Source: a virus. From it: a stretch of DNA of 64,000 nucleotides. The stretch spans positions 1 through 64,000 of the IMG/VR virus record IMGVR_UViG_3300035169_000077. One strand, given 5' to 3'. The position numbers and the translations under genes are program-made. Below are positions 54,317 to 64,000 of this stretch, piece by piece. A model generated the notes under the pieces. The model had not been told where the DNA came from, searched no databases, and saw only the letters and a program-made list of their open reading frames with translations. How positions within the stretch are numbered: position 1 is the first letter of the stretch; every line of letters begins with the position of its first letter.

Positions 54317-56215
54317 GGGCGGAACCTTAGCGGACGTGCTGCCTTTAACTCCGGGCCGGATAATATCCCCGCCCTGGCAAAGGGCGAGGGGGCGGCTCTT
54401 CCACCAGCCGCCCCCCGGAGTGCCCGCCATCCGTTCCGAGACAGGTGAGCAGTTCCCCATGCTGCCACGGGATGGGACCGGGTGAGGCCCCCGTACGGAA
54501 GTGGACGGAACTGAACGAGATCTCTTACAGCAGCAGCGCGATGACCACCGCGACTGGGACGAGCGCGGCCAGCAACAGGGCCGCGCGGGCGAGGATGCCC
54601 AGCAGCCTCCGGCGCTGCACCGGACCAGACCGCCGCCACAGCCCCCGCCACGTCCGGGGGGCGTCCCTCACGGGGGCGCCTCGCCGTGGAAGACCTGGAC
54701 GTTCGGCCCCGTCCGCATGCCGAGCGCGTAGTTGTGCGCCTCCACGGCTTCCCTGGCCAGCTCCGGGGAGTCCATTACCCCTATCGGGGGGTGGCCCTTC
54801 CAGTCCCCGCCGGCATCCGCGTACAGGTTCCTCGGGTTGGAGCGGCCGACTCGCCACGGGACGTCCCTCAGCTCTCCCATCGCAGCGTGGTAGCGGGCCG
54901 TGGCCTCCGAGATCATCGCCCGGCCGCCGTCGCCGAGGTCACTCATCGTCGTCACCCTCCAGCGTGATCCCGTGTTCCGCGAACGCGGCCACGATCGCAG
55001 GGTCGCCCTTGAACTCCTCAAGCGAGTAGTCCGCGGTGTCCCAGTCCTCGCCGAGGAGCTTGCCGATCAGCGGGCCGAGGACGCGGCGCTTGATCTCATC
55101 GCTTGCCCCCGCGTCGATCAGCCCCTGCGCTACCGGGTCGAAGATCTCCGCCGCGCTTGCCCATCCCATAACAGGTCATCCTCTCTCAGGTCGCAGGCGA
55201 TGTACCTGCCGTCGGCGATGGCCTGCGCGGCTTCCCGTAGCTGGTCTTCGCGGGTACTGAACGCCCCGGCCGCGATCCGGGCGGCGATCCCGAAGTGCCG
55301 GTGCCAGGTGCGCCAGCGGTCAGGCTGGCCGGGGACCCTGGCGGGGTCGGACTTCGGGAACTGCCGGCCGGCGTGGGCTTGGATCTTCCGCGCGACCGCC
55401 TCGGCCAGGACCGGCGCGGCGGCCTCCAGGATCTCGCGGGCCGGGCCTGTGAAGTCCCGCCACGTCAGGTGAGGCGCGCTGTACTCGCTCTCGTACTGGC
55501 GCAGCAGGACTTCAGCCGCGGCTTGGACGGCGTTGTCAGGAACTCTCGGCATCGCGGCCTCCTGCCTCGATCGCGGCCTGCTCCCGGGCGCGGTACGCCC
55601 GCCAGAGGGTGCGCTCGCCGTCGACGAGCAGGTACGGCAGCATGACCTCGGTTACCGTGGCCATCCCGGCGGCGACGAGCGCGAGCTGGGCCTCAAGCCA
55701 GTCGCGTGCCACCCGCCAGGCGACGTCCGCCGCGTGCTTCCGGGTGGCGAGCTTCGCCAGCGCGGGCCGGGTGAGCTTCGGCGGGTTGTCCCGCAGCATC
55801 GCCATGATGACCGCGTGGGCGCCGCCGACGTTCACCGGCAGGTCGAACGCGCGAGGCCCGTGCGGAGTGTCCAGCCGGAACGACAAGCCCGCAGGCTCCC
55901 GGTTCTCGTAGTGGACGGCGACCGATGCCGCGCCCGCGTCGGCGAGCATCGCCTGGCACTCGGCCGCCGTCTTCGCGGCCGGGACCGTCGTCGAGTAGTT
56001 TGTGGGCCTAGCCACCGCTTTCCTCCTCTAGCCGCACCACGGCGGCTACCTCGTGCAACTCGCCCCTGCCTACCGCTTTCGTCTGCGCACGGCGCTCGTC
56101 CCGCTCAATGAACGCGGTGTCCCGGTCGTCAAGGCCGGGAGCGTCAATGTCGGGCTGGCCGCTGGCCTGATTCCAGGTCACGACGACGAACCCGAGAACC
56201 TCGCCTCCCGCGTAC

Positions 56216-56767
56216 TCAGGCACCATCGCCACCCTTCCCGGCGGGCCGCCGGCTGGTGATCGCGAGGGGAAGCGTTGCGCCGTAGGAGCGGAACCGCGCC
56301 ATGTCGCTGGCGCCCTTCCCGGCGAGCTCCGCGGCGAGAGCGGCCACCACGGCGGGGTCGTCCAGCTTCCCGAACGCCTCCGGGTCAACAGGGTGACCGG
56401 TTCCGCCGAGTTGCATCGACTCAAGCAGCAGGCGGAACGCCACCTTGTCCGGCATCCATCCGCCCTCGGGCTTGCAGCCCCACGGGCACGGCAGCCACTC
56501 GACTACTCCCCACAGCCTGCAGATCAGGGGCCGCAGGTCGTAGGCGAGGCACCGGCCGTCCGGTCCGAGCGCCTCGCACCAGTAGTCGCAGGGCTTCTTG
56601 CGGGCCTCATCCTCGGGCGTGAGCGGGTGGCCCGCCAGGGCGAGGCGACGGCGCTCCCACGGGGTCATGCTGGCAGGCCCGCAGGATATCCAGCAGTTGC
56701 CAAGGCAGCCCGGTATCGCGGGGACCTGGTCGTAGATGGCCTGCATCCGCTCGGCCCGGTCAGCCAC
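56216..56767 (-). CDS. YkgJ-like cysteine-cluster protein
   Basis: C..NC..SC...C..L..DGRC..Y..RPLICRLWG. Confidence 0.75.
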   Translation of the reverse strand: MADRAERMQAIYDQVPAIPGCLGNCWISCGPASMTPWERRRLALAGHPLTPEDEARKKPCDYWCEALGPDGRCLAYDLRPLICRLWGVVEWLPCPWGCKPEGGWMPDKVAFRLLLESMQLGGTGHPVDPEAFGKLDDPAVVAALAAELAGKGASDMARFRSYGATLPLAITSRRPAGKGGDGA

Positions 56768-59700
56768 GGCTAGCCTCCCCGGTCAGGTGCCGGGTGATCA
56801 GCGGCCTCACCATGCACTCGTCCGCTGGCACCGGGTCGCCCGTGTCGTCCCCGGTCGCCTGCTGGACGATCTCCGTGCAGCCAGGGCAGGCCATCGACAG
56901 GGGCCGCTCCTCGCAGTACCGGCCGGGATCGTCGCCGCCCTTCACGGCCGGCGAGCCGTCCGGGTGCGCCTCATCCCACTCGTCCCAGGCCTCCAGCTCG
57001 TCTCCGGTCGCGCCAGGGTGGATCTCAGGGCGCGGGTGGGGGCAGTCGTCAGCGGAGCCGTAAAGCTGCGCGGGACGGTGGGCCAGCGCCAGGGCGTCCA
57101 CGGTCCTGGCGAGCTTTAGCGTGGTCCCGAGCAGCAGGCCGGCCGTGAACGTCTGGTCGACCGGACGGGAATCGCTCTTGCTGAACACGGCGCGCGCTGT
57201 CGTGACGATCTCCCGGACCCCGGCCAGCGCGAGAGCGATCTTGTCGTCAGCCATTCGGCTTCTCCTCTCCCAGCAGGGCGCGGGTGATGGCCTCGCGCAG
57301 TTCGGCCGCGCGGCGGTTCCCTGCGGCGGGAGTGCCGGCCGCCTCCACGGCCTCGGGCATCCCGGCCTCCGCGAGCAGGGCGGTTATCTTCCCGGACGCG
57401 GCATCCCAGGCGCCGGCCAGTTTCAGTACCTCCTCCACGGCGTCAGCCAACCGGGGGACGTCACGGGCCTGCTCCCGGGCACGGATCGCGGTGAGCTCAG
57501 CGGCAACGGCGTCAGCCATAACTGGCCATCAGCAGGAGCCGCACATTCTGGGGCCAGTCGATGTTCCAGTGCGCCCAGACCTTCCCGAACGCTTCCAGCT
57601 CGGCAGGCGTCGGCTCCGCGAGGGTGGCCTGGTCGACCTCCTCGCAGCCCCACTCGACCGAGGTGAGGCTCCGCTTCAGGATGAGGGCATCGCCGCCGAG
57701 CTCGTACCCGTAGGAGCGGAAGTCCAGCGGGACCGCCGCGTCCCGGCGCTTGTTGTACGGCTCGCGGAACTCGGCGAACCAGGCGCGGCGCTCGTCCAGC
57801 GTGATCGCATCGAAGTCCGGCGTGTCCGGCTCCTGCTCAGTGAAGCCGAACAGCGCCGGGAACCGCTCTTCCATGTTGAACGTGTCAAGGTCGCGCTCCG
57901 CGAAGTCGAAGCCCTCGTCGTTCTCGCTGTCGCCGAAGTCGACGCCCCACGCCAGGTACGCGTCGGCACTTGATCCCATATCGATTCCTCTCGTTGTCGC
58001 AGGTCAGAAGGGAGGTTCATCCTGGTAGCCGCCTGGCGGCTCCGGGTTCATCGGCTCTCGCGGGCAGTCGCACGGCTTCCCGTCGTGCTCTTTGTCCTCG
58101 TGGTCCTGCCGCTCCCATTCGGCGATCTGGTCGAAGTCGGGCTCCTCCTGGGGGAGGGTGGACTCGACGTCTTTTTCCCACTCGCCGTCTTCGTTGATCA
58201 CTCGCCGGGCACCCCCGTCACGCCGAGCCTGATGAACGTGATCGCCCGCCCGGCCCGGTCGCAGGTCTCCTTCGTCTTGCCGCTGCAGTCGTCGCACAGC
58301 AGGCGCAGCACGTGGCCCGGCGCGGGGCTTCGGTCGGCGTTGGCGCGGCCCATCGCCGCCATCCACACGGCCGCCGCGTGCGAGCACCCATCGCAGGTCA
58401 GCGGCATCTCTGGAGGCTCTCCGGCAGCGCGCCGGCATGCTTCCCGGTAGGCCCTGCCGAACCGCTCGCGAAGGTCCGGGGTATCGAGGATGCCGGGCGA
58501 CCCCTGGACCCCGACCAGGACCGCGTCCCGCAGCCTGCCGACCCTGACCTTGTCGCCCATCGCGTCGGTGATGACGTCGATGATCTCGGCCTCGTCGAGG
58601 TCCGCCACGAGAGCGTCACGCCTTTCCTCGGCTGCCTCGAACTGGTCCATCAGTTCCCTCCTCCTGCCGCCGTGGCGGCGTCTGCCGTGCCCGGGAAATG
58701 CGCGCCGAGGGAAGCGACGAACGCGCTCAGCAGCCGCTCCGCCTCCGGCTTCAGCTCCCCCGGGCCGTCTCCGTAGCGGCGCACGGCCTGCATGCCGGGC
58801 AAGTCAGTGGTCAGCACCCACTCGCCGCTTGCCTGCAGAGATCGCCAGATCGAGAACAGGCACGCCTCCACGGTGCCGACGTGGCCGCCGATCATGCCGA
58901 GGGGAGTCTCCTGCCAGCGGATGCGCTCAGCCACGCTCATTTCAGTTCTTCCTGTCCTGCCGCCGTGGCGGCCCTGTTGATCCTGTCCGCGTGCTCCCTG
59001 TACGCGGCTGACGTGTCGCAGCCGATCAGGAAGTTCATCCCGTCGTGGCGCGGGAAGTGGGTACGCCATGCCAGCCAGCGGGGGACGTCGTACTCCGGCA
59101 TCCGGTGCGGGGGCACGGTCAGCAGCTCGTACTTCTCGCCCGGCTCGATCGGCTGGTCGCAGTCGTTGCATGCGTGCGTCGTGCGGGCGGTGCGGACCCT
59201 GACGGCGATCGGGTAGTCAGTCACGGCGCTTCCTCCCCGAGGATCTCGCGGGCCACGGCCAGTGCCCCGTCCCAGTGCTTGCAGGCGCCGCCCAGGTAGC
59301 CGCACCCGCAGTGCCACCACGGGCCGGGATCGTCCTTGACCTCCTCGGCGCACCGCCCCGCCGTCTCCTCCAGCCACCCGGCCAGAGGCTCGCGGGCATT
59401 GCCGAGGAGAACGATCAGCGTGGCGTCGGCCTTCTGGCGCCCCTCGTGCGCCGGGTCGCCGCACCGGTACATCTCCGCGACCATGTGACCGTCTGGCATG
59501 CCGGGGCCGTCAACCGCAGGGTCAACGCCGTCCAGGTACGACACCCTCCACGGGGCCGGGGTAGCGGTGCTCCCGGCCTCCCTCAGGAGGTTGGCGGCAC
59601 GGCGGAGGGTCTCGGCGGGGTGCTCGGCGCTCACTGCGGCCCTTCCTCGTCGCTCAGGTAGGCGCGGGCAACCGCGATCGCCTCGTCAACGCCGACGCGG

Positions 59701-59980
59701 CCGGCCAGCTCGGCGTCCATGCCGACCATCCACGCGATCTTGTCCAGAAGGGCCGCGACCGCCCGGGACGTGGCCAGGTCCCAGGGGGCGGCCATCTCGC
59801 CAGCGGGGCCGCCGAGGCCGTTCGCCACGCCTGCGCGGTACCTCGTGTTGGCGTCGGCGGCCGTCTCGAACCGCCAGTAGGAGCGGAACGGGTCGGCCAT
59901 CTCGGCTTCCATGGCATCGGCGCGCTGCCGGATGTACTCGGCGGCACGGGCCATCAGGTGGGCGGGGTGCTCAGCCGTGG

Positions 59981-60145
59981 TCACCGTGACCGCCTCCGCC
60001 GCTTAGGCGTGGCCGTGACTCCCAGCCAGCCGAACGGCGTCCGCGTCCCCGCAGACACCCGCACCCGGCCACGGCCGAGCGGCTCTGAGATGCGGAGCCG
60101 GAAAGGGCCAACCCGCACCGACTGGGAAACCCTCAAGCCCCTCAC
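59981..60145 (-). CDS. 54-aa basic DUF4236-like protein (not in the ORF track)
   Basis: MRGLRVSQSVRVGPFRLRIS... Confidence 0.5.
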   Translation of the reverse strand: MRGLRVSQSVRVGPFRLRISEPLGRGRVRVSAGTRTPFGWLGVTATPKRRRRSR

Positions 60146-62637
60146 GTCAGTTCACCGGCCCTAGCACGATGACGCGCTCGGCGTTGCCGCCGGGCTCGTA
60201 CAGGTCGTCCGCGTCAGACTGCGTCCAAGCCCCTGTGCGCACCCACCCGGCGACGTCCTCCGCCGTGGGGTACACCTCGCCGGAGTAGGTGCTGTCCGGC
60301 TCGTACACCGCCTCCCACGCTTCGGCGAGGGGTGAGTGGCCGTTGCCCTCCGCGTCCTTCCGCAGGACCACCTTGCGGTCCCTCGGCTGCGTGGCGAGGT
60401 AGTCGAGCAGGTCGCCCACGGTGCTCATCTTGTTGTCGGTCAACGTTCCGGTCCTCTCGCCAGAAGGCCGGCAACGGCGGCCTCGTCGCCGGGATAGTCA
60501 GGGTCGGGGAAAGAGTCCAGGCGGGCGCGGTCGTCCGCCTCGGCCAGCGCCCGCGCCTCCCGGCGGACGGCAGGGTAGCCGTCAACGTGGCCGCAGGGGT
60601 TCTTCCAGCCGTCGCAGCCCAGCTGCCGCGAGCCGTCGTAGGAGGTCGTCTCGAAAGGCTCGCCGCGCGGGCCGTCGCACTGCGGGCACGTCCACGGGAG
60701 CGTCACCCGGATGCTGTGGAATCCCTCGTGCTGCTGGCTTCCGGGGATGGTGACTGTCCTCACCGAGGGTGCCTCGCCGACGCGCGATGGCATCGCCTCC
60801 GCCGCCGCCGGCTCGGCGTCGGCGAGGCGGCACGACTCCATCCACGCCTTAGCGAACGCCTCCCGCTCGGCCGGGCTGGAAATGTGCGCCGACGTCGTCT
60901 TGCCGTGCTCGTCCCTGATCAGGAACTGGACCGCGCCGCCGTCCTCGTCGTCCTCGGGCGGGTAGGCGCCGATCGTGAGCTCCTCGCCGAAGAAGCCGCG
61001 CACGGTGTGCGTGAAGGCGGCGTCGGGCATCTCGTCACTGGCCACTGACCGTCACCCCGTGGCACCGCTCGCACGTCCGGAACCCTGCAGCCCACTCTGA
61101 GCGGGCAACCCGGTGAGCGCACAGGCCGGTCACGTAGCCGTCCTCGAAGCCGGGGAAAGGCTCGCCGACAGGGAAGGGCTCCGCGTCCAGGACCGTGACC
61201 GTGATTCCGTCACTTAGCCGCTGGCCTCCCTTCAGGGCCTCGGCCACGGGACCGGAGACCTCCGCGCCCAGGAGGCAGGCGGCCACCCCCGCTGGCGTGG
61301 CGTCGTCAAACTCGCAGTCCTCCGCGAACTGCGCCGCCTGCGCCTCCGTCATCCAGACCACTACCGGCACCAGCACCGCCACCACGGGCGGATCCGGCCG
61401 CTTGTCCTCTTCCTGCTCCACTGGCTCAGCCACGGTTCAGCCCTCCTCTTCGTCGCTGTTGATGACCGGGAACACGTGCCCGGCGAACTCGCACACATCG
61501 GCTAGCAGCCCGTCCGGCCCGGCTCCCTCTACGTTGAAGACCCGGTCCCGCCCTAGGCGCGAGTCGTCGTTGCCGCTGGCGCTGCACGTGGGGCAGTAGC
61601 GGGGCTCGTCCTGCCCGGCTGCCTCCGCCTCGGCTAGCGCCTGCTCCCAGCAGGCGCGCAGCACCGGGTACCAGCCGGGCATCTCACGGAGGACCCGGGA
61701 GACGCTCGCCCACTCCTCGCCTGTCATCGCGTCCACTGCGGGTGCCTGGTCCGGGAACGGGAACGTCCCGGCGACGTCGGCGGCGAAGTCGCCCGGCACC
61801 CGGCCCCCGGACTCCCCCGCGATCCCCGCAGCCCTCCGCCCCAGCATCCCGGCGAGCAGCGCGGCCCCCTTCGCGGTCAGCGCCTCCCACTGCGACGGCG
61901 TGAAGTACGACCACGCGCCCGCGTCAAGCAGCACGCTCCCGTAGTCGCCCCGGATCCTCGCCTGCCCGTCCTGGGTGTCCACCGGCACCCACTGGGTTAC
62001 CTGCCCGGTCATCCCGCTCCCCCTTCGCTGGTCACTGCCGTCTTCTCCGCCCTCTCCGCGCACAGCAGGCACCGGGACGGGTCAAGGCCGTCCTCGCACA
62101 CGTCATCCACCGCCTCCGCGTACATCCAGTTCGTCACCGGGTCACCCCTTCCCGGCCGGCGTGGCCAGCCAGACCGCGTTCGCCTTGTCCTCCGTGGCCG
62201 TCAGGGTCACGGGGGTGAAGTCCGGCAGGCTGAGCGCCCCGGACATGCCGCCCGGTGCCTCCCAGTCCAGCCGGGTCGACTCGTACCGGTCACCGAGGCC
62301 GGCATCAGTCACCGTCACCGCGCCGGGGAACACGGGGAGCGTCACCGTGTCGCCGGGGCGGATACGCCATGCCTCCACGTCAGGCCGCCTCCGCCGCGAG
62401 ATCGGCCAGCAGGACGTTCCGCGTCACGAGGTCAGTCCCGGCGCGCTCGTCTGCGGCGGGGAACTCAACCGTGGCGAAGCGCTCGCCGCACTGGCTGAAC
62501 AGCCGCAGGACGCGGCCCTCATCGCTGTACCCGAGCGCGTCGTGCTCGGGGTCAAGCTCGCCCGTGAAGCGGACGGCGCCGCCAGCCTGGATCGTCATCG
62601 GGGTCCCTCCCTGGGATGCCGGGTCAGTCATCGGGGG

Positions 62638-63048
62638 TCAGGCCGCCTTCCGCAGCGAGGACTGCGCCGGGCCGTCCGCGATGAGGACGATGACGGCCGC
62701 GCAGCGGTGGTAGCAGGGGCGCTTTGCGGTCAGTCCCCGGCTCGCGTCGCAGTTGCAGCCCTTCGGGGTGGTGACGTGGACGTCGCTGCCGTCCTCGGAC
62801 ACCGCGCGGAACACGTCGGGGCGCTGGCCGGCGCGGACGATGCCGCCGTCCTCGATCAGCTCGCGGGCCTTCTCGACCTGCGCCGGGGTCCACTGCGACA
62901 GGTCCGCGACCTTCGCGGCCTTGCGGAGCTTGGCGCGGCAGCCGGATCCGCGCATCACGGCGAGGCTCTCCGGGCTGCTGATCTTGCGCCCGCAGCCGAG
63001 GCACCGGGCCTCTTGGCTGGTCTCAGTGGTCACCGCGTCGTTGCTCAT
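62638..63048 (-). CDS. DUF6011-like plus SWIM zinc-finger protein
   Basis: CLGCGRKISS.ES....GSGC; CNC...CYH; leaderless start. Confidence 0.7.
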   Translation of the reverse strand: MSNDAVTTETSQEARCLGCGRKISSPESLAVMRGSGCRAKLRKAAKVADLSQWTPAQVEKARELIEDGGIVRAGQRPDVFRAVSEDGSDVHVTTPKGCNCDASRGLTAKRPCYHRCAAVIVLIADGPAQSSLRKAA

Positions 63049-63112
63049 GCTTATAGTATGTGCCAAGACCGTTGGCATTGTCAAGACTGTTGGCACATAG
63101 TATTGTCGCGGT
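63049..63112. promoter_or_regulatory. back-to-back SigA-type promoters with tandem 17-bp operators
   Basis: Plus: TTGTCA-17-TATTGT-6-GTG; minus: TTGACA-18-CATACT-6-ATG; TGCCAA-gaccg-TTGGCA and TGTCAA-gactg-TTGGCA. Confidence 0.85.
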
Positions 63113-63328
63113 GTGGACCACGAAACGCTGAAGGCCCTCGCACGGGCCGACGCCCGCGCCAAGGCAAGATCCAACGACACGCACAAGGCCCTCGTCGCGG
63201 CCATCTGGGAAGCGGCAGACCAGGGAATGCCGCAGGTCGAGATCGTCCGGGATACCGGGCTGACCCGCGAGCGCATCCGGCAACTCTGCGACCCCGTATA
63301 CCGGGAGAAGCACGGTGGTGAGAAATGA
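63113..63328 (+). CDS. small HTH regulator
   Basis: AI.EAADQGMPQVEIVRDTGLTRERIRQL. Confidence 0.8.
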   Translation: MDHETLKALARADARAKARSNDTHKALVAAIWEAADQGMPQVEIVRDTGLTRERIRQLCDPVYREKHGGEK

Positions 63329-63585
63329 GTGACTTCCCGAACCGCGAGCACGCCAACGAGGACAGGACCGCCCGGCAGCAGGCGATCGAGGCACTGGACG
63401 CCATCGCCAGGGACGCTGAGGTCCTGAAGCGCAGGCTCAGCAACGGCAGCTACGCCGACGTGACCGACGCCGAGTCGCTCGTCGCCAAGGCGGGGCAGGT
63501 CGCGCGGCGCCTCGCGGTGCTCGACACTCTCCGGCATGTCCGCGAGTGGCACGCGGCCGACGTCGCCGCCCCGAAGGGGCAGTGA
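63325..63585 (+). CDS. hypothetical protein
   Basis: ATGA coupling. Confidence 0.6.
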   Translation: MSDFPNREHANEDRTARQQAIEALDAIARDAEVLKRRLSNGSYADVTDAESLVAKAGQVARRLAVLDTLRHVREWHAADVAAPKGQ

Positions 63586-63588
63586 CCT

Positions 63589-63888
63589 GTGAGCGTCAGC
63601 GGCCCGCTCCCCCGGTGGACGATGCTCAAGCCCGGAGGCCCGTACGAGGCGACCGACCCTCACGGCGTCGCATGGCGCCTCTGGGCTGCCGGCTCGCCTC
63701 CCGCCGATGACCCGTTCCCCGCTGGCTACCGGCTCGCGCCCCGCGATGACCTGGCAAACGTCAACTTCATCAGCGACCATGGCGGCCTCTACCACGCGCT
63801 CGACATGGCGGGCCTGCGCATCGCTGGTGACGCTGTCCGGGCCGATCCGGGCGGGGCGCGGCGGCAACTCGGGCTTGAGGACGGCTAG
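63589..63888 (+). CDS. hypothetical protein
   Basis: Follows in the operon. Confidence 0.55.
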   Translation: MSVSGPLPRWTMLKPGGPYEATDPHGVAWRLWAAGSPPADDPFPAGYRLAPRDDLANVNFISDHGGLYHALDMAGLRIAGDAVRADPGGARRQLGLEDG

Positions 63889-64000
63889 CCCGCTCACGCT
63901 TCCCCGCACTCCCCGCACTGCCAGCCGTCGTCACCATCGGAGCGGATCACCGTCCCGGCCTCGAACGACTCGCCGCAGCCGGAGCACTTACCGCCCCAGC

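Larger units (their letters stand above)
54525..62631 (-). other. leftward early operon of about 25 small, mostly coupled hypothetical genes
   Basis: Chain of overlapping stops and starts: 54525-54671, 54668-54946, 54939-55169, 55130-55552, 55536-56015, 56008-56226, 56216-56767, 56760-57254, 57247-57519, 57512-57979, 58004-58201, 58198-58650, 58650-58940, 58937-59224, 59221-59634, 59631-59984, 59981-60145, 60147-60443, 60440-61045, 61035-61433, 61437-62012, 62009-62136 (approximate), 62142-62378, 62380-62631. Confidence 0.75.

Noticed and set aside
54330-54500. Hairpin-rich spacer as a riboswitch or ncRNA
   Set aside because: Two GC hairpins are adequately explained as terminators of the early operon; no recognisable aptamer

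Overview
The whole window is one contiguous stretch of a high-GC temperate siphovirus of an Actinomycetota host. No host genes are visible and attP is intact, so this is the unintegrated form. Left to right: terminase small and large subunits (the large one carries an intein); a portal-NUDIX-MuF fusion; XkdF-type protease, scaffold and major capsid protein; a six-enzyme glycosylation cassette; neck and tail genes; a lysis region (holin-like proteins, a PLD/HKD enzyme, endolysin); a second block of fibre genes, one ending in a GH12-like domain; a leftward RlaP-like nucleotidyltransferase plus CCA-adding enzyme; the xis-cro/repressor-integrase-attP (tRNA-Pro) module; an initiator tRNA; and a leftward operon of small early genes ending at a second divergent switch. 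Most striking: (1) an antisense HNH cassette inserted into the PLD gene that supplies a synonymously diverged replacement 3' end and leaves the original 3' end orphaned (cleave-and-rescue-like); (2) an HNH gene overprinted out of frame inside the terminase intein, with its own leaderless promoter; (3) a tRNA 3'-end/repair module together with a CCA-less fMet tRNA and a 107-nt tRNA-like RNA with a hugely expanded anticodon arm; (4) a recurring set of leaderless antisense islands. All family calls come from motif recognition by eye, and many starts were re-picked from the ORF track.
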